From contig OZ024741.1 of assembly GCA_964016885.1 (NCBI GenBank), forward strand, positions 322,896,001 through 322,960,000: DNA of 64,000 bases, in the 5' to 3' direction. Position numbers and translations under genes: made by a program. This stretch comes from Eledone cirrhosa (lineage: Eukaryota). The notes under the pieces were generated by a model. It did no database searches, was not told the origin of the DNA, and saw nothing but the letters and a program-made list of their open reading frames with translations. Shown here piece after piece: positions 45,704-61,065 of this stretch (its first letter is position 1; every line of letters starts with the position of its first letter).

Positions 45704-45943
45704 GGAGAACATGATATGAAGGCTAAAAAAACACTTGTTGATAGTGCAGTTTTAAATCAACATATGAAAAGTGGTTTTAGATTGATGTGTGATATTGGGA
45801 AAAATATTTTATTTAGAGAGGGGGGGAGAAAAGGATGAAAGGGGAAGGAGATGAGAGGGAGAGATGGGTGATAGAGAGAAAGAGATAGTTTTTATAACTG
45901 AGAGGAGATATATTTTATATAGAGGGGTTGAAAACTCACCTCC

Positions 45944-45978
<35 letters not shown>

Positions 45979-46179
45979 ATGTGTATATGTGTATGCGTGC
46001 AAATTATATGTCTATATATGTGTGTGTGTGTAAGTATGCTTTTGTGTTTTTTTGTGTGTGTTTGCATGTGTAGTTTTATTTTATTTTATTTTTCCTTTCC
46101 TTCTCCCTTTTCCAGCCTCACTTTCATATAGATTGCATTTTTGTTTTTAGAATCCATATTCAATAAACAAACCAGGATT

Positions 46180-46239
46180 TTTCATTCTGAGGATTGAAAG
46201 CAAAACCTTTTGCTTTTAAGAAACCACTGGTAAATGGAA
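46180..46239 (+). ncRNA. Type I hammerhead (family A)
   Basis: tttcatt-CTGAGGA-ttgaaagcaaaa cc ttttgcttttaa-GAAA-ccactgg-TA-aatggaa. Confidence 0.9.
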
Positions 46240-46271
46240 TAATTGCCTTATGTTGTTTATTACATAATAAT

Positions 46272-47244
<973 letters not shown>

Positions 47245-47429
47245 GATAAATCTACCAAGAGTTTACGGTAGTGTCCAATCCGTATGAAGAACTCAATGTA
47301 TTCCGGATATCATGGAAAGAAGAGATGTAATGAAAATCCACTTTCGGTGAAAGATAAACGGTATACAGAGTCAAGATAAAATATTAAACAAATAATGAAC
47401 AAACAATTCCTTATATTAAACAAAAAAAG

Positions 47430-47584
47430 TTCACTATTTAACGATCGTTTCTAGGGTATATATGTGTTATAATTGGTATGCATATTCAACAGATCTATGT
47501 ACAAAATTATACAAAATTATACAAATTATCAAGATTAAATATACATACCTAACACATATATACGCCGTCTTCAGAAATAATGAA
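47430..47584 (-). ncRNA. Type I hammerhead with ~116-nt stem II (family I)
   Basis: reverse complement of 53968-54122. Confidence 0.75.
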
Positions 47585-48410
47585 GTATATTTATTGATAA
47601 TAACAACAATTCAAAATATCAGTTCAAAATTGACCAATGAAAACACAAAGGGTTAAAAGCAGTTTGGTGTGTGTATATACATGTAAAATCCTTACACATA
47701 TTTTACAATAATGTATGTATAATTTGTATGTGCATACTAAAAAGATGGATGCAAACACAAAATTTCAAGGTTAATATCTCTGTAAGCTTAATGCGCTGAT
47801 AAGATGCGCAATGATACTTATGGAGTCAAGCATATAAATATATTTTTTTCATACTCACACATATCAGTATAATCACACATACATGCGCGTATATGCATAA
47901 ATATACACATAACCACGAACATACAAACACACACACTCCCCCACTCACATTTATATATGTGGATATAAAATCATAAGCAAATAGAAATTAAGTCACTCAC
48001 ATAAAACACTGGCACACACATTTCAAGATCAAGATACAGAAATTAGGTGGGAGGGGGGGGGGGGAGGGGTCAGTATTAGATTGTCAGAGCAGACTGCCTA
48101 ATATAAATGTATCTATAAATTAAGAAAAATAAAAAAATAAAAACAATAAAATATAATAAATATAATATAATGTACATACACATACAGATATACATACACA
48201 TACATACATGTACGCGCACATAGAGATATTTACGCATACACACATACACACATACGTATACAGTCATACACACACATACACTTACACGAACATATACATA
48301 CACATATAAAAAGATATATATACACACACACACACACGCGCAACACATACACACATACACATATATATAAAAAATAGATAATAAAGATATATATCCATAT
48401 ATATATATAT

Positions 48411-48473
<63 letters not shown>

Positions 48474-48562
48474 TATACACATACATATCCATACATCTAA
48501 ATATACATACACATACATACACACATACATGTATATACATGTACATACATATACGCACATCG

Positions 48563-48619
<57 letters not shown>

Positions 48620-48962
48620 CACTCACATAGACATAAAGATACATACACACACAACTTACATACACACGCATATATATATATATATATATATATAGATGTA
48701 CCTTCATACATAGAATTAGATATATAATCATACATACATATGCACCTACTTATACTCATATAAATAAATACATACGCTTCCATATATGTGTATACACATA
48801 AAAAACAATACCACCTCACCAAACTCAGACATACAAATGAAAATAATAATAAAAAAACGCATATGTATATACATACACACACGCATTAATAGAGATATAT
48901 ATATATACACACATACATACACACACATATATATACATACACACACATATACATACACATAC

Positions 48963-49015
<53 letters not shown>

Positions 49016-49022
49016 TAGACTC

Positions 49023-49053
<31 letters not shown>

Positions 49054-49335
49054 AACATATATATCTACACACTCATACCACCATAAATACACATACAAAC
49101 ACCCACATGTATATGTATATATATATCCACATACACACACGTATACATATATATATATACACACATATACACATACATATATATATATACACACACATAA
49201 AAAACAGACATGCACATATATATATATATATATATATATTTCATTACTCTTATTTATACACATAGTATATATACATACACAACCTCACTTATACACATAT
49301 ACACATAAGTTATATTACAATAATAATAAAGAATA

Positions 49336-49374
<39 letters not shown>

Positions 49375-51288
49375 CATATATACATATATATACATACATA
49401 CATACACATACATACATACACATAAATATATACATACATAAATACACACATACGAATAAAGACATATATTCACACATAGACACCTATATACATATATATA
49501 TATATATATATATCTATATATATATATATACACACATATATATATACACATATATATACACATACACACACACACACACACACAGACACACATACACACT
49601 CACATATATATATATATATATGTGTATGTGAGTGTGCGCACATACACATATATACACACACACATACAAACACACACAAACACATACATATGCATACGTG
49701 CACACACACACACATATATCACATAGATACGAAGATAAACATATAAATAGAGAGACATACAAATATATACACAACACATATACACATACATACATACACG
49801 CTTATACATATACATACATATATACACACATATATATATTCCTATATACAAGCATACACATACATACACATATATACATATACATACACATATACATACC
49901 ACACATTCACATACACATACATATATAATACATATATATACATATATATACATACATATGTATGTACAATCATATATACACACTCAATCTTACATTCATA
50001 TTTACATGCTCATATATGTATTTTTATATTTAGAAATAAATACCAAAACCTATATAGACACCTACCTACATATATATTCATACATATACGCTTACAAATA
50101 CAGATGATAATAGTATGGGGGAAAGGGGGGGTTTGGAGAAGGGGATCAAAGTAAATATATGTTTCAAGAAACATATAATATTTTCCGTATCTTAATTCAA
50201 TGTATGTTCTTACATATTTTCAGTGCTAGGAAATACGAAATCTATGCATCTCAAAATAAATAAGTATACCATTAATCATATGTTAACTAAACCAAAGATA
50301 GTCAACATATTGATTTCTAAGGTGTAAATTAGTTAGGTTTATAATATTTGAAGCAGAATTATGAAGTCAAACAGTAGTAGATTATTAATTACATTATAAC
50401 TAAATTAAAGTTAATAACGTTATGGTATCAATATTAGGAGATGAATTTAGTAATAGGGAAAAGAAACCCAAATAAAAATAAAATAAAGTATTACATCGGT
50501 AGTAGCATATAAATTATATGTTAACTAAATTAAAAATTATATATTTATTTCAATAGTATACGTTAATTAGTATATGTTAATTAGGTATACAATACATAAA
50601 GCAGATATTGTATTTCATCAATAGCATAATATAATTATATGCAAATAAAAATCAAAATTAATACGCATACATATACATATACATACACATACACATATAC
50701 ATACATATACACACATATATATATATATATACATATATATACACATATATACATATATACACACATAAACATACATACAGATACACATACACAACACACA
50801 CATATATATATACATATACATATACATATCTTTTTCAAAAAATTGCACAGAATATATTAACTAGGTATATATCCAAAACACATCCCATTCTATGATTACA
50901 TGACATTCTGCAATTCGTCTGTACAAGGATACTAATTTTAAGCAAAATTAAAATTAAAGTTTTAGGTTGATTAAAACTAAAACCAAATAATAAATATATT
51001 TCCAAAATGTATATTAATTAGGTCTATAATACTAAAAAATTCTTTCTCCGTCATTGGATACATGATATTATTTTGTTATATTTTATCTGTAAAAGAATTA
51101 TAATAAAAAGGTTTAAATAAATTAAAATTAATCTATAAATTAAATTACTGAGTATATATTAGTAATATTTAAAGGTTTTTCAAAATTTATGATTACATAA
51201 TATTTTCTCATCTGTAATAAAATATTAATTAAATTAAATTTATAGGTTAACTAACATTTAAATTAAATTAATTTCTAGAATAATGTTA

Positions 51289-53199
51289 TTAATTAGGTTT
51301 ATAATATTTAAATGTTTTTTTTAGTTTATGATTACACGATATAATTAATTCCTGTCGTTTATTTAATAAGATATCCTTAGACTTCATTATTTCAAATAGT
51401 TCTTGGGAACATAATCTACATTCCTTTCTATTATTTTGATAAGGGGTGGCTCTTTTGAGCACACTCCAGGTCAAATCATATTTTATATTTTTATTTTTAT
51501 AACTATTGATTTTTTCTGCTAGAGATGTTGTATTAGCCAGTGCGGCATTTTTAAAGCTATGTTTGTGGGTATTATACCTTGTCTTAAAATTGTTAGAGGT
51601 AGCTCCTATATATGAGCAAATAGAATCTTTAGTTTTAACATTACATTTATAGACTATGTTGTTAACAAGACAATTCCCTTTTAATGGGCAGTTTGTTTTG
51701 TTTCTACAGTTACATCCTTTCGTTAATTCTGTATTTGAGGAGATATTATTGTTAATTTGATGTACTGGTGGTATACTTATGGTTTTCTTACATTTATATG
51801 CATTATATGCACTTATATTTTGTTTTATGTTATTTGTTGTAGAGTATGAGAATTTAACTGTAGACCTATTTAAGATTTGATGGTATTTGTGGTTTGGCGG
51901 GAAGTTTTTCTCAAGGATATAAAAAAATTTTTTAGCAATATTATCCTTAACTTGTAAATTAAAAGGAGCATTATACCAAGTAACTCGTCTATTACGGTTT
52001 CTATGTTGTTTATTATTTTTATTATTTTTATATGTTGTATCATGATTTTTACTAGGAGGATTAATGTTAATGATCTCACCACAACTATTTTTAGTTATAT
52101 TTGTAGATTTAGGTGTTTTATCTTTTTTATTAGGAGTTTTATTATTAATATTTATTATAGTTGTATGATGAGTAGTTTTTTGAGGGTTACTATACTTTAT
52201 ATTAGAAGATTTAGTATTTTGGGGTATATTGTGGGTGGCATTTAGGTGTGTACTTTTCATTTGGTGTTTGTTGGTAATATTATGCTGTATGCTTTCAGTA
52301 TTTTTAGTAGAAGGTATATACTCTAATCTATTTTTGTGGCCACTTCTATCTAGAGCTTCATTATAAAAGGTCGCATTTTTATCAAATACATCTTGGTTAG
52401 AAGAAAGGTTAGAAATTCTAAGTGATATATTATATGCAAGGTTTTTAAGGATAGATTTAGGGTGATTAGATTGTGAGTGTATGTAATGTAAGTTTTGGTT
52501 AGGTTTATGGTAAGGTTGGTATATACCCGTAGCTAAATCTAAAGTTATATCTAGGAAATTTACTACTTTACTTGTTTTTTCAAAAGTAATATTAAGATTA
52601 TAATAGTCTTTAAGGAAAGTTCTAATATGCTTTTTGTTTTTTTCGATTTCTGAAAGGCTAAGGTTGTTAGAAAGAAGAAGACAGTCATCACGATATAAAC
52701 CACCTTTGAGGTGGGGAAAAGAGGCATTTATGTTGAAAAGGAGAAAGAGGCCCACAAGATCAGTAATTTGGGCGGAATCGCTTGAACCCATAGTAATATC
52801 AAAAAGATTACTGTATGTGTTTCTGGTCCAGTATTCATTCTGAAATTCAATAAGTGTTTGTCTAGCATGTGTAATAATGTTAATGTCATCCGAAGTTAAA
52901 TTAGATCTATTTTTAGCAAATATTAATGCTTTGTTCAGGAGTATGGGTGATATAGAAGAATAGTAATTATCTATATCAAATTGTAGGAAAGAAGCAGAAG
53001 ATTTACACCTAATATTTTTAAACCAATTAATTACCTGGGAGGTGTTTTCCCAGAGTGGTAAAATAACGTATTTTCTTATTTGTGGGATGACTCTATCTAA
53101 AATTTTTTTGCTAATTATTCCAATATCTGATTTGGAGGGACATATAAGTCTAATAGAAGGATTAGAGTTAAAGTTAGATTTGTGATCTTTCAGGTTGAA
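51289..53199 (-). CDS. PLE reverse transcriptase plus GIY-YIG endonuclease, 5'-truncated, frame uninterrupted
   Basis: frame stays open upstream of the listed Met 52791 (FNLKDHK..IRLICPSKSD, QFDIDNYYSSIS); MGSSDSA, LYRDD, FLD, SNHP, WYNAPF, CNCRNKTNCPLKGNC, IVY..SYIG, RY..H, CRLC..E, LLNKR.E..C.H. Confidence 0.92.
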   Translation of the reverse strand, partial: FNLKDHKSNFNSNPSIRLICPSKSDIGIISKKILDRVIPQIRKYVILPLWENTSQVINWFKNIRCKSSASFLQFDIDNYYSSISPILLNKALIFAKNRSNLTSDDINIITHARQTLIEFQNEYWTRNTYSNLFDITMGSSDSAQITDLVGLFLLFNINASFPHLKGGLYRDDCLLLSNNLSLSEIEKNKKHIRTFLKDYYNLNITFEKTSKVVNFLDITLDLATGIYQPYHKPNQNLHYIHSQSNHPKSILKNLAYNISLRISNLSSNQDVFDKNATFYNEALDRSGHKNRLEYIPSTKNTESIQHNITNKHQMKSTHLNATHNIPQNTKSSNIKYSNPQKTTHHTTIININNKTPNKKDKTPKSTNITKNSCGEIININPPSKNHDTTYKNNKNNKQHRNRNRRVTWYNAPFNLQVKDNIAKKFFYILEKNFPPNHKYHQILNRSTVKFSYSTTNNIKQNISAYNAYKCKKTISIPPVHQINNNISSNTELTKGCNCRNKTNCPLKGNCLVNNIVYKCNVKTKDSICSYIGATSNNFKTRYNTHKHSFKNAALANTTSLAEKINSYKNKNIKYDLTWSVLKRATPYQNNRKECRLCSQELFEIMKSKDILLNKRQELIISCNHKLKKTFKYYKPN

Positions 53200-53967
53200 G
53201 TGTGTGTATGTGTTGCGCGTGTGTGTGTGTGTGTATATATATCTTTTTATATGTGTATGTATATGTTCGTGTAAGTGTATGTGTGTGTATGACTGTATAC
53301 GTATGTGTGTATGTGTGTATGCGTAAATATCTCTATGTGCGCGTACATGTATGTATGTGTATGTATATCTGTATGTGTATGTACATTATATTATATTTAT
53401 TATATTTTATTGTTTTTATTTTTTTATTTTTCTTAATTTATAGATACATTTATATTAGGCAGTCTGCTCTGACAATCTAATACTGACCCCTCCCCCCCCT
53501 CCCACCTAATTTCTGTATCTTGATCTTGAAATGTGTGTGCCAGTGTTTTATGTGAGTGACTTAATTTCTATTTGCTTATGATTTTATATCCACATATATA
53601 AATGTGAGTGGGGGAGTGTGTGTGTTTGTATGTTCGTGGTTATGTGTATATTTATGCATATACGCGCATGTATGTGTGATTATACTGATATGTGTGAGTA
53701 TGAAAAAAATATATTTATATGCTTGACTCCATAAGTATCATTGCGCATCTTATCAGCGCATTAAGCTTACAGAGATATTAACCTTGAAATTTTGTGTTTG
53801 CATCCATCTTTTTAGTATGCACATACAAATTATACATACATTATTGTAAAATATGTGTAAGGATTTTACATGTATATACACACACCAAACTGCTTTTAAC
53901 CCTTTGTGTTTTCATTGGTCAATTTTGAACTGATATTTTGAATTGTTGTTATTATCAATAAATATAC

Positions 53968-54122
53968 TTCATTATTTCTGAAGACGGCGTATATATGTGT
54001 TAGGTATGTATATTTAATCTTGATAATTTGTATAATTTTGTATAATTTTGTACATAGATCTGTTGAATATGCATACCAATTATAACACATATATACCCTA
54101 GAAACGATCGTTAAATAGTGAA
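53968..54122 (+). ncRNA. Type I hammerhead with ~116-nt stem II (family I)
   Basis: ttcattattt-CTGAAGA-[tatatatgtgtta/taacacatatata, ggtatgtatatttaa/ttgaatatgcatacc]-GAAA-cgatcg-TT-aaatagtgaa. Confidence 0.75.
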
Positions 54123-54167
54123 CTTTTTTTGTTTAATATAAGGAATTGTTTGTTCATTATTTGTTTA

Positions 54168-54342
<175 letters not shown>

Positions 54343-54635
54343 AGATTCTTTATCTGAAAACGTGTGTTGAAACCGATATTGTTATACTTTGGGAGGGTCA
54401 TGTTGCCAATAAGAATCACACGCACCAGTTGCTTTCACTTCAATTTATTATAATAAATTTATAAAATTAGGAATTTATAAATTTCCGGTTGGTTGGTTGG
54501 TTCTACAACCAGATAATTGTTTATAAATTGTCAAAGTTCTCTCGTCACACATTCTGTGACCTCTTCAGTGACTGGGGATTCTTTTCTTTGTTTTTGTGCC
54601 TCTCCTTTGTTCTGTCCTACGCTATCTTCTTGAAC

Positions 54636-54714
<79 letters not shown>

Positions 54715-54781
54715 ATATACATACATGTACATATATATATATATGTATATGTATATAGATATAGATATATATATTTATATA

Positions 54782-54972
54782 TAATATAGAAATGGCTTCT
54801 ACAGGACTATAACTGTTTCGTTCGGAGGAAATCATCAGGGATTTCCTGGTGATTTCCTCCGAATGAAACAGTTCAAGTCCTGTAGAAGCCATTTCTATAT
54901 TAATTATTTATACTCTGCTATATATTGAGTACTTTACTTACTGTGGTTACCCCCGATTTAACCCGGGATAAA
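54782..54972 (+). mobile_element. Fold-back palindrome (54782-54902) about HHR stem II plus tail
   Basis: tttc-gttcggaggaaatcatcaggg/ttcctggtgatttcctccgaat-GAAAC agttcaa GTC ctgtagaagcc. Confidence 0.7.
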
Positions 54973-54999
54973 CATATATATATACACACACACACACGC

Positions 55000-55068
<69 letters not shown>

Positions 55069-55398
55069 CATATAGACACACAATTACTATACTAAAAGAA
55101 GACAAAACAAAAGACCCCCAACTCCACATCCTCTACCAAAAAAAATAGAAATATTTTAAAGAGGGACAATGTCATTTAAATAGATGAATGACTGAAATAC
55201 ATATATATGTAGGGTTACATAAACAAGGTTTGTTGATTATACACACACACATGCACGCACGCACACACATATATATATATGTGTGTGTGTGTGTAGGTAG
55301 ATAGATAGATATATATGATATATATATATAAATATATATGTGTATATATATATGTATATATATATATATATATAAATATATATGTGTATATATATATG

Positions 55399-55434
<36 letters not shown>

Positions 55435-55466
55435 TTTATTGTACTACAATAAAACTCACGTCCTAC

Positions 55467-55499
<33 letters not shown>

Positions 55500-55530
55500 T
55501 ATTTATTGTACTACAATAAAACTCACGTCC

Positions 55531-55576
<46 letters not shown>

Positions 55577-55599
55577 TATATGTGTATATATATATGTAT

Positions 55600-55687
<88 letters not shown>

Positions 55688-55701
55688 ATATATATATATA
55701 T

Positions 55702-55834
<133 letters not shown>

Positions 55835-55855
55835 CATACATATATATATATATAT

Positions 55856-56414
55856 GGTGGCTGCCAACTCGTTTTCGAGTACGGCCACTACTTTATATCC
55901 ATGTAGGAGAACCCCTACCGATACGCTGAACGAGTGTGACTTTTTAGTCCAGCCAGCAACTTGAAAACTCTGGTACAAACACTACACTTGTGACAATTAT
56001 TGACACATAGTGCTGGGCCCATGGTACCATGTAATGACAAGTGCAGAGAGATCTCCAGATACAAAGCAATGCCTGTGCCGTGAAGCTTTTATAGTGAGCA
56101 AAGGCACTGCACAAAGCCAGTCCCACTCTCTTAACCAAGATGATATTTACCAAAAAGAAGAACAAGTCAACATCATTGGATACCATCAGGGTTGCAGGTG
56201 TTATATCAGAGTTTTCCTTCTCCTAGAATTCTGCCTTGACAAAGGCTAAGGGGTCATCTCTCCCGGTGATTTTGGATGGCCATTGACTCTTAAGAGCTCC
56301 TTTGCCCTTTGACAGGTTTTGTTTTTAGTCCTGCAGGATGTCCAAAGTCACCCTCCTCACCAAGAAACCTTAGTGGGGTTGCCAGTTTAGTCGCCAACGA
56401 CCCGACCATGAGAC
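55856..56414 (-). mobile_element. Second copy of the 1645-2252 repeat, in (TA)n
   Basis: near-identical reverse complement sharing the same terminus ggcagccacca. Confidence 0.8.
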
Positions 56415-56426
56415 ATACATATATAT

Positions 56427-56519
<93 letters not shown>

Positions 56520-56700
56520 TATTATAATAGAATATAAAAGAAAAACGAACACAGACATATACATATACATTTGTTCAAATCGTAAGGGACCTGATCCGCT
56601 AAGGTGAAAAGAATACTAACTATAGAGAATTGGGTTTGCTTGTCTCAATTTAAGAAAAATTTAAGATAATAAATACAAACCGGAATTGTGGTAACTACCA

Positions 56701-56772
56701 ATCACCCAGACAACTTGTTTCGCAATGTTAATTGTGAATAGAATTACCAATTCAAGCTCATCAGTGGGTGAT
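56701..56772 (-). ncRNA. Canonical type I hammerhead in a (TA)n-flanked insert (about 56526-56870)
   Basis: atcaccca-CTGATGA-gc...gc-GAAA-caagttg-TC-tgggtgat: 8-bp stem I, GUC triplet. Confidence 0.9.
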
Positions 56773-56868
56773 GAATTAGTATCCTAGACACTTCTAAGTA
56801 TATATCTCTTTCTTAGAGCTATTTTATTTTAAGAGACTATTTTGAGTTCCTAACTCAATACATACCTT

Positions 56869-57051
<183 letters not shown>

Positions 57052-57067
57052 TATATATATATGTATG

Positions 57068-57099
<32 letters not shown>

Positions 57100-57203
57100 T
57101 AAATATAGAAGGGACCCACTGCATATATAAATATATATTTATGTATATGTATATATATATAAATATACATATATAAATATACATATATAAATATACATAT
57201 ATG

Positions 57204-57362
<159 letters not shown>

Positions 57363-57384
57363 ATATATATATATATATATATAT

Positions 57385-58119
57385 AAAGAATTAATATATC
57401 TAGTAACATATATATACACACATATGCATACCAATGCTAGCAAATACATAGGTTTTGTCTTAGTAACTTTGTGGTTCAAGGCTTCTCTATATTTTCTTCG
57501 GAAAGTATATTTACTCCCTTTCAGAAACTAATTAGTTGGGAGTGAAATTTTAGTAAGTAAGTTAATTTTATAATTTTCTTATTTTACGTCTCTCATATTA
57601 TTGTTCTGCAACCCCATGCATTGAACCACACAGTTACTAAGACAAAACCTATGTATTTGCTAGCATTGGTATGCATCTGTGTGTATATATATGTTACTAG
57701 ATATATTAATTCTTTATAATTATCTCCAAATTATTTGTCGAGCAATATTGGCCAAGTCTGCTGCTATGGTAGCGGGCAGGCTGCTGTCTTCTTAACAAAC
57801 CACTTTCCACTGATTGACCTCGATGTCACGTGATTGATTCTTTTTGAATTTGCCACCGACGCAGTAGGCAGTGATTTTCTCAATGGCTAGGAATTCAGTC
57901 CACGCTTTGCTATTTTCTACCCACTGAATTATTTTTGTATAAGTTCCCAGAGTCCACGCTTTGCCTGGAAACTTAGCTCAGAATAGACTTCCCTGACGAC
58001 GAAAGGCTTCTCTATATTTTCTTCGGAAAGTATATTTATTCCCTTTCAGAAACTAATTAGTTGGGAGTGAAATTTTAGTAAGTAAGTTAATTTTATAATT
58101 TTCTTATTTTACGTCTCTC

Positions 58120-58120
<1 letters not shown>
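57385..58120 (+). mobile_element. PLE pLTR / retrozyme-like element: inverted arm plus ~525-bp tandem
   Basis: 57385-57478 inverts about 57621-57715; 57479-57595 repeats at 58004-58120. Confidence 0.8.
57987..58068 (+). ncRNA. Type I hammerhead
   Basis: acttcc-CTGACGA-cgaaagg...cctttca-GAAA-ctaattag-TT-gggagt. Confidence 0.8.
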
Positions 58121-58211
<91 letters not shown>

Positions 58212-58236
58212 ATTTATATATATATGTATATATATT

Positions 58237-58279
<43 letters not shown>

Positions 58280-58350
58280 ATAGTTTTAAAAAAAGCCGGC
58301 ATGACTAAGTCTTTAGAATATAAATTCAAAGATTTGGGATGCACATGACA

Positions 58351-58531
<181 letters not shown>

Positions 58532-59685
58532 AATATATATACACACACACACACACATGTATGTACTTAATTTTTGCATGTTTTGCATGGTTCATGATTC
58601 TCAGTGTGAATAGGAAATCGTGTGTTGAAACAGATATTTTTGTATTTAGGGAGGATTATTCTTCCAACCAATAAAATAAAATAAGTCTACGTAACAGAAC
58701 ATCGTTAAACTTAACATAACAAAGCAAAGGTGATGTAGTATACCTACAAGACTCTACATATAGCATAAAAAAACACACACAAATAAAAGGATTGTTGCGC
58801 AAACCTGGTGATGCAGTAGAAGTTTGCATAGAAGAAGAAGAAGAAGAAGAAGAAGAAGAAGAAGAAGAAGAAGGCGACAACGACACTGTACTGAATTGGC
58901 ACTTTATTTATCGATATCGAAAGGCTGCCAAGCAGTATAGACCGCGGAACGAATACCACGAAGCCTTCTATCGAACGTTCTAACGACTCTGCTAATTCAC
59001 CGTACTTAGATGACAATGCAAACATACTGTGTAACTTTAACATAGAGACAGAATAAATCATAGCACATAATAATCCTAACATGATTCTCTTCTTCTTCTG
59101 ATTCTTCTTCTTCTTCTGATTCTCCATGACAAAAATGACAATAGGGTATTAATTATCAACATAGCAATAGCAAATAACTATAATGTTGTGAAGAAGCGAG
59201 CCGAAAGGAGAAGGATTTACACTGAGCTAGCTCAAGGTAGTTAAGGAATGTGACTATCATTCCTTTTGTAATTGATGTGTGTGATGAAGCACCGTCGGAT
59301 GCGACAATGAGTGTTCTAGTTGCCCGACCAACAGGACAGCCTACTTATGATGTCGGCTTGCATTCCACTAATACGTGTGCCATTAACGTAGTTCTCGGGG
59401 AGATTCAGCGTGACACAAAATGTGAAGAGGCTGTGATAAGTTGGCTGAAATACAAGATCCACTTCCAATGCATTGTCTAAAATCATTTGGACTAGCTCAG
59501 CTTTCAGGTTATAGGAGTTTTCTCCCTTGCTTATTTCTCGTGGTCTGAATGAATACACCCAAAGGAGATTCGATCTTATAATTGTGAAGATAGTCTCAAT
59601 TGAATTAATTTTTTCCACTTTATAATCACGTCATAATCATAATGCTATAGGTTCTCCCCCCCCCTCTTTCTCTTTCTCTCTCTCT

Positions 59686-59801
<116 letters not shown>

Positions 59802-60130
59802 ATATATGTGTATATATGGCTTCCTTGTTCAATCATCTTACCAGAAGCCTGACATTATTTATGTAAGCGGATGGTACTTGATTTAGGAGCCGCAGAAACC
59901 CAAATACTGGATTTTACCAACCTTCCAGGGGTCCGGGTAAATTTTCAATACCCGAATTACTTGATCGTTTTTTTGGCTATGCGAATGATTGTTTAACCAT
60001 CGTCTCAGTGTGTTTGGCCTTAAACGTTTGTTATAGCTCTGGTTCATCTGAATCATTGAGCACTTGCCTCACATCTCGGAGGTTGTTTTTCGTTATTTCG
60101 TGGGCCGAAATGCGAATCTCGATAATTTAT

Positions 60131-60204
<74 letters not shown>

Positions 60205-60370
60205 GATAACAAATTATTGTTATAGGTAGTCCACTTAGATGAAGTCCAGTTAGGGTACTCCGAGTAGTGGATAGTATCAACGCTTGGCTAAGTTTGACTT
60301 AACAAGGCGTTTCCATAGTGATGCTGCGAGTACGCGGTGATTTCTATGTTGTTTACACTTGGAGTAATGA

Positions 60371-60500
60371 TAAATCAAGAAAGAAGAGTGACACGGTTTG
60401 CTTATAATTAGGGCTTTAATCACTCAGAGAAACAATTGTCAGCAATGTGATTAAAGCCCTTATTGTATAGCAAACCGTGTCACTCTTCTTTCTTGATTTA
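60371..60500. repeat. Inverted repeat enclosing a hammerhead 3' half
   Basis: taaatcaagaaagaagagtgacacggtttgc mirrored by gcaaaccgtgtcactcttctttcttgattta; loop contains GAAAC aatt GTC. Confidence 0.65.
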
Positions 60501-60867
60501 TATATTATGGAATACTGTTGGCTTCTTGCTACAATAATCTCTATACTTTTCATTTATATATCATACACCTACGGTAGTAGGTGTATAATATTCTTAAGGT
60601 CCCATTTCGGTCACTCGCGACACCTTCAAAGCTTTGTCACTAATTCAATTTTTGATAGAATTGGATGCGGTGTTTTGCACTTTATAGGACCACAGATAAG
60701 CTACTTTTTGACATAAAAATATTGAAATTTGGTTCAGTAGAAAAAAAGTTACATAAAAATAAGTGATGACCAAAAGAGTGTAAGGAACTACATACATAAG
60801 TAATGCTTAGTTTGTTTCTAATTTCTAATACATTAAAATAGTGATAGATTGTGCAATAGTGAATTGT

Positions 60868-60940
60868 GGTCAGGTAGCTCAGTCGGTAGAGCAGCGGACC
60901 GGCAAACCGAAGGTCGTGGGTTCGATTCCCACCCTGATTA
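60868..60940 (+). tRNA. tRNA-like sequence (pseudogene or element-borne Pol III head), apparent anticodon GGC
   Basis: acceptor GGTCAGG/CCTGATT, D-stem GCTC/GAGC, T-arm GTGGG-TTCGATT-CCCAC; anticodon stem has two mismatches. Confidence 0.65.
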
Positions 60941-61065
60941 CTTTTCCTATCCGCACTTCTTCCTATTCATTATTATTTATTATTATTATTTAACTTATTT
61001 GTTGATAAATATTTTTATTAATATTAATATAATATCCTTGCATTGCCTGGAAAAAAAGTGGATTA

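Larger units (their letters stand above)
42618..46277. mobile_element. ~3.7-kb palindromic PLE pLTR insertion (family A) with a different PLE nested in each arm
   Basis: about 42680-44540 mirrors about 44671-46277; tail 42618-42678; insertions at 43185-43736 and 45598-45943. Confidence 0.85.

Noticed and set aside
54810-54842. Minus-strand CTGATGA...GAAAC as a complete hammerhead
   Set aside because: Sequence before the core cannot pair with that after the cleavage triplet; better explained as part of a mirrored stem II
59250-59618. Non-repetitive ORFs on both strands
   Set aside because: No recognisable motif or splice pattern; not assignable to the GPCR or any element
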